A stretch of DNA of 64,000 nucleotides. Origin: Thermoplasmata archaeon. GTDB lineage: Archaea > Thermoplasmatota > Thermoplasmata > UBA10834. The position numbers and the translations under genes are program-made. Positions 34,250 through 43,553 of the stretch are shown in pieces. Numbering within the stretch: the first letter of the stretch is position 1; the number at the start of each line of letters is the position of its first letter. Below the pieces are notes generated by a model, which had not been told where the DNA came from, did not search any database, and saw nothing but the letters and a program-made list of their open reading frames with translations. The stretch covers positions 7,479-71,478 of the forward strand of contig JBFYNF010000045.1 in NCBI GenBank assembly GCA_041304525.1, written 5' to 3'.

Positions 34250-37200
34250 ATGGCCACCGTGAGTAGGACGGCGCTCACGAGCACGATGCTCGTTGTTCTG
34301 CTCCTCCCGATGACGCTCATGGTCCTGCTCCAAGGACCGCCGGCGCCGTCCGCTCACGCATTTCCCATAGACGATTTTGGGAGCAGCATCAGACTCACTT
34401 TCGACCAAGCCATATCGACCAACGTATCCTCCAGCGTGGATGACGACGGCAATATACACGTCGTGTGGGAAGACTACAGGTCCGGGGCCGGGGACATCTA
34501 CTACATGAAGCTGGACGACGAAGGCAACAAACTCACCAACGACGCGAAGATATCCAACGACACCACCGCATCCCGGAACCCATCGGTGGCAGCTGACTCG
34601 GACGGACACATATACATCGTGTGGGAGGATGTGGACAACGGCTCGTCTGAGCTATTGTTCGCGAAGCTGTGGTACTACGAGGGCAACATCACATTCCAGG
34701 AGAATGGGCTCCAGGTATCGGACAGCGACCCCGCGAACTCGACTGAGCCGGACATCGCCGTGTGCCAGGACGGCAACCTATCCTTGGTTTGGACCGACGC
34801 TCGGCACGACGCCGGCGACGGCAACCTGGAGATCTACTATAAGCGCCTGAGGATGTCAGGGACCTCTCTCACACCCGATACGCGCGTGACTGGAGACGTT
34901 GGACGGTCTGAACACCCGAGGCTCGATACAGACTCTGATGGTATGGTCCACATCGTCTGGTACGATTTCAGGGACTCCAGTAACGGCCTGGTGATCAACC
35001 ACGGCGTGTTCTACAGGAAGGTCATAATGGACGGCACGCCCCTGACACCCGAGACGAGGATCACCTTCGCTTCACCTCAGTCGAGGCCTGACATAGCAAT
35101 AGACACTGATGGAAACGTACACGTGGTCTTCGACGACGACCGGTATGCGAGTTTCGACATATTCTACACGCTCCTCGACCCTGACGGGAACACACTCGTG
35201 GATGACAGGAACATCTCACCCAAAGACGACAACGAGTCCAGATGCCCCAGGATAGCCCTGAGCGACTCCAACGCAGTCGATGTCGTGTGGCAGGACCAGA
35301 CGTCCGGTCTATGGGCCATCCACTACTCCGCGATGAACTACAACGGTGAAATCGAGGTCTACGACCAAGGACTGACTTCAGAAACGGTCGGGAACGCCAC
35401 CATCCCTGTGGCGATGTGCGCGAATGACAACAACACCCTCGTGATGTATGTGGGCGACTATCCGAACATGGAGGTGTTCTTCTCAAGGACTCACAGGCCG
35501 GATCCGGCGGTGCTCGCGGGCGGGATTTCCATGTCATCCACCCAACCACTGATCGGGACCACTGTCTGGGTCAATGCGACCGTGTGGAACCTCGAAGGGG
35601 ATGCCCTAACGGATCTGGCTGTCCGCCTGATGGTCGATTCGGTGGCGGTCGAAGACGCCACTGTAGCCTACCTAGTAGCAGGGCACTCAACCGTCGTCAG
35701 TTTCTCACACACAGCGTCCGAAGGCGAGACCATCGTGACTGTGGCCGTCGACCCTGATCAGACCGTAAGGGAGACATTTGAGACCAACAACCAACAGTCA
35801 GCCCCTATGCTCGTCCGGACGCCCGGGGTCGTTCTGACGTCCGACGTCAGCAGCCAATCTGCTGAGCCCGACGAGACGGCCATATTCAACATCACAATCA
35901 CCAACGAAGGCAACACGGCGTTCTCATTCTGTCTGTCGAACTCCGAACCTGAGAGCGGCTGGATCATTGACCTGGGTGGCTCGCCTGAGGGCATCTACAC
36001 GGTTCCCGCAGGCTCGTCGGCCGTGGCTACTGTTGAGGTCACGGTTCCCGAGGATGAGACGCCTGGAGCGCGTGCGTTCTCCGTGCTCGCCACATGCGTC
36101 GAAAGAGACTCCGTCAACGACAGCGTCACCCTCATGGTGGATGTCGTCAGGTTCGGCGAACTGACTGTTGTATCGTCCGACGGAGGAGATGTCGAGCCGA
36201 CCATCCCTGAGCTATACACGTTCACTGTCTCAAACTCGGCCAACGCCAATGAGACCTTCGCGGTCTCGGCCTCCGACCTCCTCGGATGGGACCTCGTCGC
36301 TTCCCATGACGAGCTGGAGCTCGCACCCGGTGAGGAGGCTGAGGTGTCCGTGCTCGTGACGCCTGCTAGGTACGATCCCCCGGGCACACTGAATACGCTC
36401 ACGTTGACCCTGTCATCCATGAACTTGACCTGGAACACAGTGGAAGGGAACTTACTCATGATCGTGGGGCATCACTGGGAGGTCGACGCCAAGCTGACGC
36501 AACAGGCGTTCCTCAACATGTCTGTGCCAGATGAGAGAGAGGTCAGGTACATCCTCGATGTGACGAACCTAGGCAACTCAGATGATGTGTTCAGGCTGAG
36601 TCTATCGGGGATTGATGCGTTCTGGGCCACCCTGAACACGACCTATGTGTTCCTCGGAGCCGGGGACGAGCAGCAAGTCTACATATCCCTCACACCAGGC
36701 GTGGACGTGCTCGCAGGCGCATACCCTTTCAATGTGACCGTCGTGTCGGAATCCGACGACAATGCGACGGAGACCCTGGAGATGGGAGTGTCCGTGTTGC
36801 CGTTCTACGACATCTCAGTATCGGCTGAGTTCGCACAGGTGAGCCTACGACGAGGAGAGACCGCGTTCGTCAACCTGACGGTCCGGAACACCGGCAATTC
36901 GGCGGATGTCGTCGACCTGTACGCGTACGTGGGCGCCCTAAACACGACAACGGCTACCTTTGTGGGTGAGGTGGTGTCACTGGAAACGGGAGACCCCATC
37001 CTCATCGCTCTGGAACCCGGAGGGTCTGCCACAATCATGCTGACGATACCGGTTCCCGGAGATGTCGAGATCGGCTTGCAGGACTTGTGCATGGACTTCA
37101 GTTCCATGACCGACCCGAGCGTTATGGCATCTCAGACCGTCAGTGTGCTAGTAGAGGATGACCCGTCTTGGTTCACTCTGTGGGTCATACTGATCATAGT

Positions 37201-37351
37201 CGGCGCAGCAGTGGCCGTCGTGGTCCTCGTCGTGTTCCTGATACTCAGGAAGAGGAGGGCAGAGGAGGTCGCAAGGGAGGAGGAGCGGCGGAAGATGCAG
37301 GCAAGGAAGAGGCCTCCGGGGCCCCCGAGGGTCAAACCGAAAGCGCCGTGA
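34250..37351 (+). CDS. large surface protein: signal peptide, ~7 beta-propeller-type repeats, CARDB/NEW3-like Ig domains, C-terminal TM anchor
   Basis: N-terminal hydrophobic signal. About 52-aa repeats (D.DG..H.VW.D.R.G...IYY..L...G). Several domains carry [FY]..TV.N.GN..D.F patterns. C-terminal TM helix plus a Lys/Arg-rich tail. Confidence 0.7.
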   Translation: MATVSRTALTSTMLVVLLLPMTLMVLLQGPPAPSAHAFPIDDFGSSIRLTFDQAISTNVSSSVDDDGNIHVVWEDYRSGAGDIYYMKLDDEGNKLTNDAKISNDTTASRNPSVAADSDGHIYIVWEDVDNGSSELLFAKLWYYEGNITFQENGLQVSDSDPANSTEPDIAVCQDGNLSLVWTDARHDAGDGNLEIYYKRLRMSGTSLTPDTRVTGDVGRSEHPRLDTDSDGMVHIVWYDFRDSSNGLVINHGVFYRKVIMDGTPLTPETRITFASPQSRPDIAIDTDGNVHVVFDDDRYASFDIFYTLLDPDGNTLVDDRNISPKDDNESRCPRIALSDSNAVDVVWQDQTSGLWAIHYSAMNYNGEIEVYDQGLTSETVGNATIPVAMCANDNNTLVMYVGDYPNMEVFFSRTHRPDPAVLAGGISMSSTQPLIGTTVWVNATVWNLEGDALTDLAVRLMVDSVAVEDATVAYLVAGHSTVVSFSHTASEGETIVTVAVDPDQTVRETFETNNQQSAPMLVRTPGVVLTSDVSSQSAEPDETAIFNITITNEGNTAFSFCLSNSEPESGWIIDLGGSPEGIYTVPAGSSAVATVEVTVPEDETPGARAFSVLATCVERDSVNDSVTLMVDVVRFGELTVVSSDGGDVEPTIPELYTFTVSNSANANETFAVSASDLLGWDLVASHDELELAPGEEAEVSVLVTPARYDPPGTLNTLTLTLSSMNLTWNTVEGNLLMIVGHHWEVDAKLTQQAFLNMSVPDEREVRYILDVTNLGNSDDVFRLSLSGIDAFWATLNTTYVFLGAGDEQQVYISLTPGVDVLAGAYPFNVTVVSESDDNATETLEMGVSVLPFYDISVSAEFAQVSLRRGETAFVNLTVRNTGNSADVVDLYAYVGALNTTTATFVGEVVSLETGDPILIALEPGGSATIMLTIPVPGDVEIGLQDLCMDFSSMTDPSVMASQTVSVLVEDDPSWFTLWVILIIVGAAVAVVVLVVFLILRKRRAEEVAREEERRKMQARKRPPGPPRVKPKAP

Positions 37352-37441
37352 TGGGGTGCCAGCAGGTTCCCGGACATGAATTGTGGACCCGGAAAGCTTT
37401 AAGTACAGTACCCGATTATCGGGAATCAGGTGATTTAATTG

Positions 37442-37654
37442 ATGAAACCCCTGGCAGTTCTGAACAAGGCGATCAACCAGCAGGTTATCGTGGAGCTAAA
37501 GGGGAAGAGGGGATACCGCGGAACCCTCGACGGATACGACCCTCACATGAACCTCGTACTGAGGAATGCTGAGGAGATACTCGACACGAAGGTCACCCGA
37601 AAGATGGAGGCCATCATCGTCCGCGGAGACAACGTCATATACATATCCCCGTGA
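37442..37654 (+). CDS. archaeal Sm-like (LSm/SmAP) protein
   Basis: [39 protein letters not shown]...[12 protein letters not shown] contains the Sm1/Sm2 motifs. Confidence 0.85.
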   Translation: MKPLAVLNKAINQQVIVELKGKRGYRGTLDGYDPHMNLVLRNAEEILDTKVTRKMEAIIVRGDNVIYISP

Positions 37655-37665
37655 GGTAGGACAGG

Positions 37666-37833
37666 ATGACCAAGGGTACCCCGTCGATGGGCAAGAGAAG
37701 CTCCAAGAAGACGCACATCGTCTGCAGACGATGCGGCAAGAGAGCATACCATGTGCGCCACAAGACCTGTGCTTCGTGCGGCTTCGGTGCGACTGCCAAG
37801 ATCAGGACATACAACTGGGCCAAGCAGCACTGA
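37666..37833 (+). CDS. rpl37e: 50S ribosomal protein L37e (55 aa), not in ORF track
   Basis: [40 protein letters not shown]... carries the CxxC...CxxC zinc ribbon typical of L37e. Sits directly after LSm. Confidence 0.85.
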   Translation: MTKGTPSMGKRSSKKTHIVCRRCGKRAYHVRHKTCASCGFGATAKIRTYNWAKQH

Positions 37834-39281
37834 TGAAACGCTTTCCTTTGAACTGGGGGTTGAGGTCAACGGAGCCTGATCACCCGAGGGAAGAGTGTGG
37901 GGTTTTCGCAACTGCGTCAGTGACGAACGTATCGATAGACATATTCTATGCGCTGAGGGTCCTCCAACACAGAGGTCAGGAGTCCGCAGGCATCGCGGTC
38001 TACAACCACGAGGGGATCAAGTGCATCAAGGGCATGGGGCTCGCCCATCAGGCGCTGAAACCAGATGAGGTCCAGTCCCTCAAGGGGGACTTGGGCATAG
38101 GCCATGTCCGGTATTCGACCGTCGGGTCTTCCACGATAAGCAACGCGCAGCCTTTCGTGGTGTCGACCAACTACGGCGACATCGCCCTCGCGCACAACGG
38201 CGAGATAGTCAACGCCGACAAGATCATGGACGAGCTCAAGAAGAAGGGCTGGGCGTTCATAACATCATCTGATTCGGAGATCATCGTAAGGCTCATGGCG
38301 AACGAGATATCCACCACGGGCGACCCTATCAGGGCCATCAAGAATGTCATGTCCATGATACAGGGAGCGTACTCGCTCACGGTCATGGTGGACAACCGCG
38401 TGTTCGCGGTCCGGGATCCGCTCGGCATACGCCCATTGTGCGTCGGCAGGACGAAGACGGGCTATGCTGCAGCATCTGAGAGCGTCGTGTTCGACACGCT
38501 CGGTGGGGAGTTCATCAGGGATGTCGAGCCCGGGGAGATAGTCGAGTTGCTCCAGGGCGAGATCAAGTCCCACAAGACCGGCCTCGCGAGGGGCAGGGCG
38601 CACTGCATGTTTGAGTGGGTCTACATCGCGAGGGCCGACTCGATCATCGAGGAGAAGCTCGTGTACGAGGTCAGGAGGCGCATAGGCGAGCGACTCGCGA
38701 AGGAGCAGCCGGTGCAGGCCGACGTCGTGGTGCCTATCCCTGACTCGGGAAGGTCTCACGCGATGGGGTACGCAGAGGGGTCGGGTATCAGGTACTCCGA
38801 GGGTCTCATGAAGAACCGGTATGTCGAGCGCACGTTCATCATGCCCGAGCAGTCGGACAGGACCACGAGCGTCATGCTCAAGCTCAACCCGCTCAAGAGC
38901 GTGATAAAGGACAAGAGGGTCGTCCTCGTGGACGACTCCATAGTCCGGGGCACGACAATGAGGAAGATCGTGCAGCTCGTAAGGAATGCGGGAGCCAAAG
39001 AGGTCCATGTGAGAGTGGGCTCTCCCCCGATTATCGCCCCATGCTACTTCGGCATCGACATGAAGACCAGGGACCAGTTCGCGGCTACGGGCAGGACGGT
39101 CGAGGAGATCGGGAAGATGCTCACGGCTGACAGCCTCGGATACATATCGGTCGAGGGACTCGTCGACGCCATCGGCCTGCCCGCTGGCGACCTGTGCCTC
39201 GCGTGTCTGACTGAGGAGTATCCCTTGGCCGTACCTGGGGAGAAGGTCCGGTACCAGAAGAAGCTGGACTCGTTCGCTTGA
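37833..39281 (+). CDS. purF: amidophosphoribosyltransferase (PurF)
   Basis: ECGVFA Ntn nucleophile, GIGHVRYST, the PRTase motif VVLVDDSIVRGTT, and a C-terminal Cys cluster. The ATG overlaps the L37e TGA (TGATG). Confidence 0.9.
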   Translation: MKRFPLNWGLRSTEPDHPREECGVFATASVTNVSIDIFYALRVLQHRGQESAGIAVYNHEGIKCIKGMGLAHQALKPDEVQSLKGDLGIGHVRYSTVGSSTISNAQPFVVSTNYGDIALAHNGEIVNADKIMDELKKKGWAFITSSDSEIIVRLMANEISTTGDPIRAIKNVMSMIQGAYSLTVMVDNRVFAVRDPLGIRPLCVGRTKTGYAAASESVVFDTLGGEFIRDVEPGEIVELLQGEIKSHKTGLARGRAHCMFEWVYIARADSIIEEKLVYEVRRRIGERLAKEQPVQADVVVPIPDSGRSHAMGYAEGSGIRYSEGLMKNRYVERTFIMPEQSDRTTSVMLKLNPLKSVIKDKRVVLVDDSIVRGTTMRKIVQLVRNAGAKEVHVRVGSPPIIAPCYFGIDMKTRDQFAATGRTVEEIGKMLTADSLGYISVEGLVDAIGLPAGDLCLACLTEEYPLAVPGEKVRYQKKLDSFA

Positions 39282-39485
39282 TGGACCCCGGCGACCTCAC
39301 TCGACATCGGCCTTGAGACTCTTCAACGATTGTGCCAATCTTTGATTCTTGTCCCACAAAGCACTACCCCATTCACCTTGGTGACTGATGACAGGAGACT
39401 AACAGGGCACGGAGCGGGACCGTCGAGGACGCCGCCAGACTGGACACGGGCGGCCTCGAATGGAAGACACCAAGGAAGTGAGGAT

Positions 39486-39827
39486 ATGAGGAAGGAGTTC
39501 GAGAGCGAGTTGGCGAGACAGGTATCAGGAAAGAAGAGACTCAGCAGGGCCTGGGTCATGTTGGCACTCTGTGCTGCCATTTTGGTCAGCGGGGCAGCGG
39601 CCGTGACGGCCGTAGCCGCAGGCAATGGAGATCAGCTCCAAACCCAGGACCAGCTCAAGGACGGTTCGTGCGACGACTGCGACGGCGACGGCATCTGCGA
39701 TTACGACCTAGACGGTGACGGTGTCTGTGACAATGATTGCACGTGCGACTGTGACGGCGACGGGATCTGCGACAACGACTCCGATGGAGACGGGGTCTGC
39801 GACTACCAAGAGGATTGCGTCGCCTGA
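39486..39827 (+). CDS. small membrane-anchored Cys/Asp-rich repeat protein (TSP type-3-like DGDGxCD repeats)
   Basis: ATG at 39486 after GGAAGTGAGGA. TM helix AWVMLALCAAILVSGAAAVTAVAA, then four DGDG[IV]CD units in CDDCDGDGICDYDLDGDGVCDNDCTCDCDGDGICDNDSDGDGVCDY. Confidence 0.5.
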   Translation: MRKEFESELARQVSGKKRLSRAWVMLALCAAILVSGAAAVTAVAAGNGDQLQTQDQLKDGSCDDCDGDGICDYDLDGDGVCDNDCTCDCDGDGICDNDSDGDGVCDYQEDCVA

Positions 39828-39970
39828 AGCGCCAGTGCTGAGTCGATTAGTCCTGGCAACGGATAGTGGTTGAAACCCATTCAGAACCTGTCGGGGACGA
39901 GTCGCCCCGACAGGCGATCAGTATTCTCCCGTTCCCCGCCTTGGAGAATGTAGGAAGGCAGACCGGGGAA

Positions 39971-39980
39971 GCTTTAATTA
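39971..39980 (+). promoter_or_regulatory. TATA-like box for tRNA-Ala
   Basis: GCTTTAATTA lies about 30 nt upstream of the tRNA 5' end. Confidence 0.4.
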
Positions 39981-40009
39981 CACCTACCATATACATCGAC
40001 AGCCCACAT

Positions 40010-40081
40010 GGGCCGGTAGATCAGCGGCAGATCGCTCGCTTGGCATGCGAGAGGTCGCGAGTTCAAATCTCGCCCGGTCCA
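40010..40081 (+). tRNA. tRNA-Ala (anticodon GGC)
   Basis: Hand-folded. Acceptor GGGCCGG/CCGGTCC with the G3:U70 Ala identity pair, D stem GATC/GATC, anticodon arm CTCGC-TTGGCAT-GCGAG, T arm GCGAG-TTCAAAT-CTCGC. No encoded CCA. Confidence 0.9.
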
Positions 40082-40267
40082 CACTCATTTTCCGGACATC
40101 ACTCGCACAGTCAGGGATACCATCCTCCGAGCATCTCGTCCAGGGCGACCGCCTTGTCATCCACATGCTCCTTCGTCACGACGAGAGGCGTTAGGACGGA
40201 CGAGATTGGCTGACGAGGCATCCGCTCACATGTCCGTCGGTGCAGCTCAGGGGCATCGGTGGCCGAA

Positions 40268-41296
40268 TCAGTAGATACTTCCGCCTGGCTGAGTTGATGC
40301 AAGAACGCCATCGACCGCGCTCAGCGTGTACTCCACCCCTCCGGCCCCCGTCCACGACGCGAGGTCGAATTCTGATGTCATCGTCATCTTGAACACGGAT
40401 ATGCCCGTGAAGGTCAGTGGCGTCTTGGGCTGGCAGACCTCGGGCGCGTGAGTTGTCATGAGGAAGTAGGCAGCGCCTGTCCCGTCGTTGCACGCGTCGA
40501 ACAGGGTCACATCTCCATATTCGTCCACGGCCAACGCGACCTTCTCGTCGATGCCTATGCCCATCGCCACGGAGGCCCATCCATCCTGGACAATGCGCGC
40601 CATGAATGTCACGAGCCGGCCCATCCTATCCCTCGCCACGAAATGGCTGTCGGTGATCTTGTCGTCCATGTTCGGCATGGTGAGGAAGTCCTGCTCAAGG
40701 GTCAACCTCGGGTGATACGGGTTCGTCAGAGCCTCATCCGAGTCGATTGTGTTCCTCTCGGCGGAGAAGGAGAACTCGCCGAGCACCGCGAGGCCCGCAC
40801 TCGTGCCCCCGATCGGCGCGCCCTTGTCGCGCACATAGTGTATCGCATCCTCGACTGGGGTTCCCTTCCACATCCTCACATAATCCCACTGGTTGCCTCC
40901 CGCGATGAAGAGCGCATCGGCGTTGCGGATCTTGTCAAGCACGAAGACGTCGGAGCACGCCTCGTCCTTCAAGAAGATTATGGTCTCGCACGAATCGACG
41001 CCTCCAAGCTGTTTGAATATCCATGGGTTGTAAGCGTCGGTCCCAGAACAACGTATCACTACGAAGTCACCGCCGCCCGATCTCGCAATCATCCACTGCA
41101 TGGCCTCGGCGACGTCCGTGTCCCCGCCTGCTAGAAGCAGACCGGGGGTGGTCACCGTGTCGACGTCGGCGGGGTCCCCGTCTACATAGTACTCATAAGT
41201 CGCCTTCGCACCCGATGCCGACAACGATACCATCGTTGTCGACAGCACCATGATGAAAACCAAAGTCCCTGCTACAGCACGCTTCGCGAGATACAC
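40268..41296 (-). CDS. secreted peptidase S51 family (cyanophycinase/dipeptidase E-like)
   Basis: N-terminal signal, ALFIAGGNQWDY and nucleophile motif GGTSAGLAV. Confidence 0.7.
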   Translation of the reverse strand: MYLAKRAVAGTLVFIMVLSTTMVSLSASGAKATYEYYVDGDPADVDTVTTPGLLLAGGDTDVAEAMQWMIARSGGGDFVVIRCSGTDAYNPWIFKQLGGVDSCETIIFLKDEACSDVFVLDKIRNADALFIAGGNQWDYVRMWKGTPVEDAIHYVRDKGAPIGGTSAGLAVLGEFSFSAERNTIDSDEALTNPYHPRLTLEQDFLTMPNMDDKITDSHFVARDRMGRLVTFMARIVQDGWASVAMGIGIDEKVALAVDEYGDVTLFDACNDGTGAAYFLMTTHAPEVCQPKTPLTFTGISVFKMTMTSEFDLASWTGAGGVEYTLSAVDGVLASTQPGGSIY

Positions 41297-41434
41297 GATC
41301 CCCTCGCCCCCAAAAGCGAAACGGGTTGAGGGTTACATTATGGTTCCGCCAGTAGCCTTCTGACCGTCCCGGATGAGGAGGCAGGCCGGCCAAGGACGGA
41401 CCTCGCCATACAACGGACGCGACGGAGTGAGCGA

Positions 41435-41446
41435 CACCTATATATC
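41435..41446 (+). promoter_or_regulatory. TATA-like box upstream of 41496 gene
   Basis: CACCTATATATC lies about 50 nt upstream of the ATG, with RBS AGAGGAG between them. Confidence 0.4.
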
Positions 41447-41495
41447 AGGGGCCGTCATCAGCGTTATGCTTCAATGAGCATATAGAGGAGATACA

Positions 41496-43544
41496 ATGAG
41501 CGAAGACTCCAAAGTGATCAATGAGAACCCCGAATCCGGGACGGAATCCGAAAGCATAAGCCCGCCTAAGAAGACGGGCGTCTCCCCCGCGATGAAGATG
41601 GTTGCATTGGCAGCCGTAGTCATCCTCCTGGTGGCAGTGCCCATGGGGTACTTCATCCTGAGCCAGGACGATGATGAGGAGGCAAACTTCTCGGTCGCGC
41701 TCACCGGCAAGGGCGGAGAGGAGGAGACCGCGGATCTTGCATCGCTCGAGGACATGGACTTCGTAGAGAACATCTCATCGTACCAGAACAGGTTCAACAA
41801 CTGGAATGGCCTGGGGACATATGGTGGCGTTGAGCTCAGGGACCTCGCGGACCTCGTCGGCGGGATGGCCGAAGGGGACGTGATGACAGTGACCGCCTCC
41901 GACGGATACGCCGTCAACCTGTCGTACGAGCAGGTCTACGCAGGCACGGAGTTCCTCGCAGTCCAGGGCCAGATCATCCTCGCATACGAGTTCAATGGAA
42001 GCCTCATGACGGAGGAGGACTGGCCCATGATAGCCGTCCTCGCCCCGGACGAGGCGTTCAGCAACGACGACTTCAACGCGACAGCCCCGGACGCGCCCGA
42101 GTTCGAGATGCTCACTTCGGCAGGGTCGCTCTGGGTCAAGATGGTCTCGAGTATCGAGATCGGCGAGCTGCAGGAACAGGATGTCGTCCTCACGGTCGAT
42201 GGCACAACGACGGTCGACCTCACGATGTACGAGCTGGAGAACCTGGAGTCGCTCACGTCGAACGGCAGCTTCATCAAGTCGACGGGGACTGTCGAAGGAC
42301 CGTTCGAGTTCACCGGCGTGGCTCTGAAGGACCTCGTCGACCTCGTGTACTCGGGCGACGACTACTCAGTCGAGGTGGTCGCCACTGACGGTTACGCCAT
42401 GACCTACAATTACTCGCAGGTCGAGAACGGCACTTTCGAGCAATACGACTCCGCAGGGACATCCCTGGGGTTCGACAACTTCACGATGGTCGTGGCTTAT
42501 GCGCAGGACGGATTACCCCTGGTAGACATGGTCCTGCGCATAGCCATCATTGACGACAGCGAACCGATCACGGACGGCCACTTCTGGGCCAAGTATGTCC
42601 GCACGGTGAATGTGTTGTCACCCGTGCGGGAGTACACACTAGAACTCAACGGCACGACGGTCTACGAGATGGACAGACAGACCTTCGAATCCGTCGCATC
42701 CTGCGACTACCATGCAGCCAGCTGGTCCTTCGAGAACGAAACTGGGACGCACACCTACACAGGCGTCGCCCTTTGGACGCTCGTATCAGCGGTCGACGGC
42801 GCGGACGGACCGGACACTGAGTATCTGTTCAACGACCTGCTCGCCTTCGAGGGATACATTGTGAGGGTCACTGCCGAGGATGGCTACAACAAGGCCTTCA
42901 CATCGATGCAGGTCGCCCGGAACGATACTATCATCGTTGCCAACAAGCTCGACGGCGAGCCGCTGCCGGACGATGAGTGGCCCCTTAAGATCGTCGGCGA
43001 CTGGCTGGCCAGCAACCTGAAGGTCAGCCAGGTTGTGAACATATCCCTCGAGGATCTCCAACCAGTTCCTGACTGGGAACTCACCATCGTCGGCACCGAG
43101 ACGGTGACGATCAGTGCTGAGACCTTCGCGTCGATATACTACTCCGGCCTCCACGGAACATGGTTCAACTACACGAACTACGGCGGATGGCATGCGACGT
43201 ACCACAACTACACCGACGACGAGCTGGTTGACCACACATACGCGGGCATTCCGCTCTGGGTGCTGATCGCAGCCGTCGACGGCGAGGACCTATACCACTA
43301 CGAGTTCAACGACACCCTCGCAGAAGCCGGGTACGATGTGAAGGTCATCGCATCGGACGACTACAACACGACGTTCTCGATAGATGACGTCGCGTACAAC
43401 AACAGCTTCGTCGTCGCGTTCATGCTGGACTGGATGGCCCTGATCGATGACGAGTACCCGCTCAAGCTCACGAGTGAGTACCTGTTCGGGTCACAGAAGA
43501 TCAAGTCCGTAGCAACGATCGAACTGATAGGACTGCCCGCGTGA
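41496..43544 (+). CDS. membrane-anchored secreted protein with four tandem SUOX/YedY-fold-like (Oxidored_molyb-like) domains
   Basis: N-terminal TM helix. Four ~150-aa repeats each carry [YF].GV.L.DL..LV ... V.A.DGY....[SY]..V ... [IL]..[AY]...G..L....WP[LM]K pattern. No conserved catalytic Cys is evident. Confidence 0.55.
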   Translation: MSEDSKVINENPESGTESESISPPKKTGVSPAMKMVALAAVVILLVAVPMGYFILSQDDDEEANFSVALTGKGGEEETADLASLEDMDFVENISSYQNRFNNWNGLGTYGGVELRDLADLVGGMAEGDVMTVTASDGYAVNLSYEQVYAGTEFLAVQGQIILAYEFNGSLMTEEDWPMIAVLAPDEAFSNDDFNATAPDAPEFEMLTSAGSLWVKMVSSIEIGELQEQDVVLTVDGTTTVDLTMYELENLESLTSNGSFIKSTGTVEGPFEFTGVALKDLVDLVYSGDDYSVEVVATDGYAMTYNYSQVENGTFEQYDSAGTSLGFDNFTMVVAYAQDGLPLVDMVLRIAIIDDSEPITDGHFWAKYVRTVNVLSPVREYTLELNGTTVYEMDRQTFESVASCDYHAASWSFENETGTHTYTGVALWTLVSAVDGADGPDTEYLFNDLLAFEGYIVRVTAEDGYNKAFTSMQVARNDTIIVANKLDGEPLPDDEWPLKIVGDWLASNLKVSQVVNISLEDLQPVPDWELTIVGTETVTISAETFASIYYSGLHGTWFNYTNYGGWHATYHNYTDDELVDHTYAGIPLWVLIAAVDGEDLYHYEFNDTLAEAGYDVKVIASDDYNTTFSIDDVAYNNSFVVAFMLDWMALIDDEYPLKLTSEYLFGSQKIKSVATIELIGLPA

Positions 43545-43553
43545 GACCAGACC

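Noticed and set aside
37566-37832. Extension of the purF ORF across the LSm and L37e genes
   Set aside because: The region encodes LSm and L37e in other frames with clear family motifs. The purF-frame translation there is junk.
39866-40213. 115-aa ORF overlapping tRNA-Ala, and ORFs 9623..10090(+) and 9040..9675(-) overlapping tRNA-Met
   Set aside because: They overlap well-folded tRNA genes and have no protein motifs.
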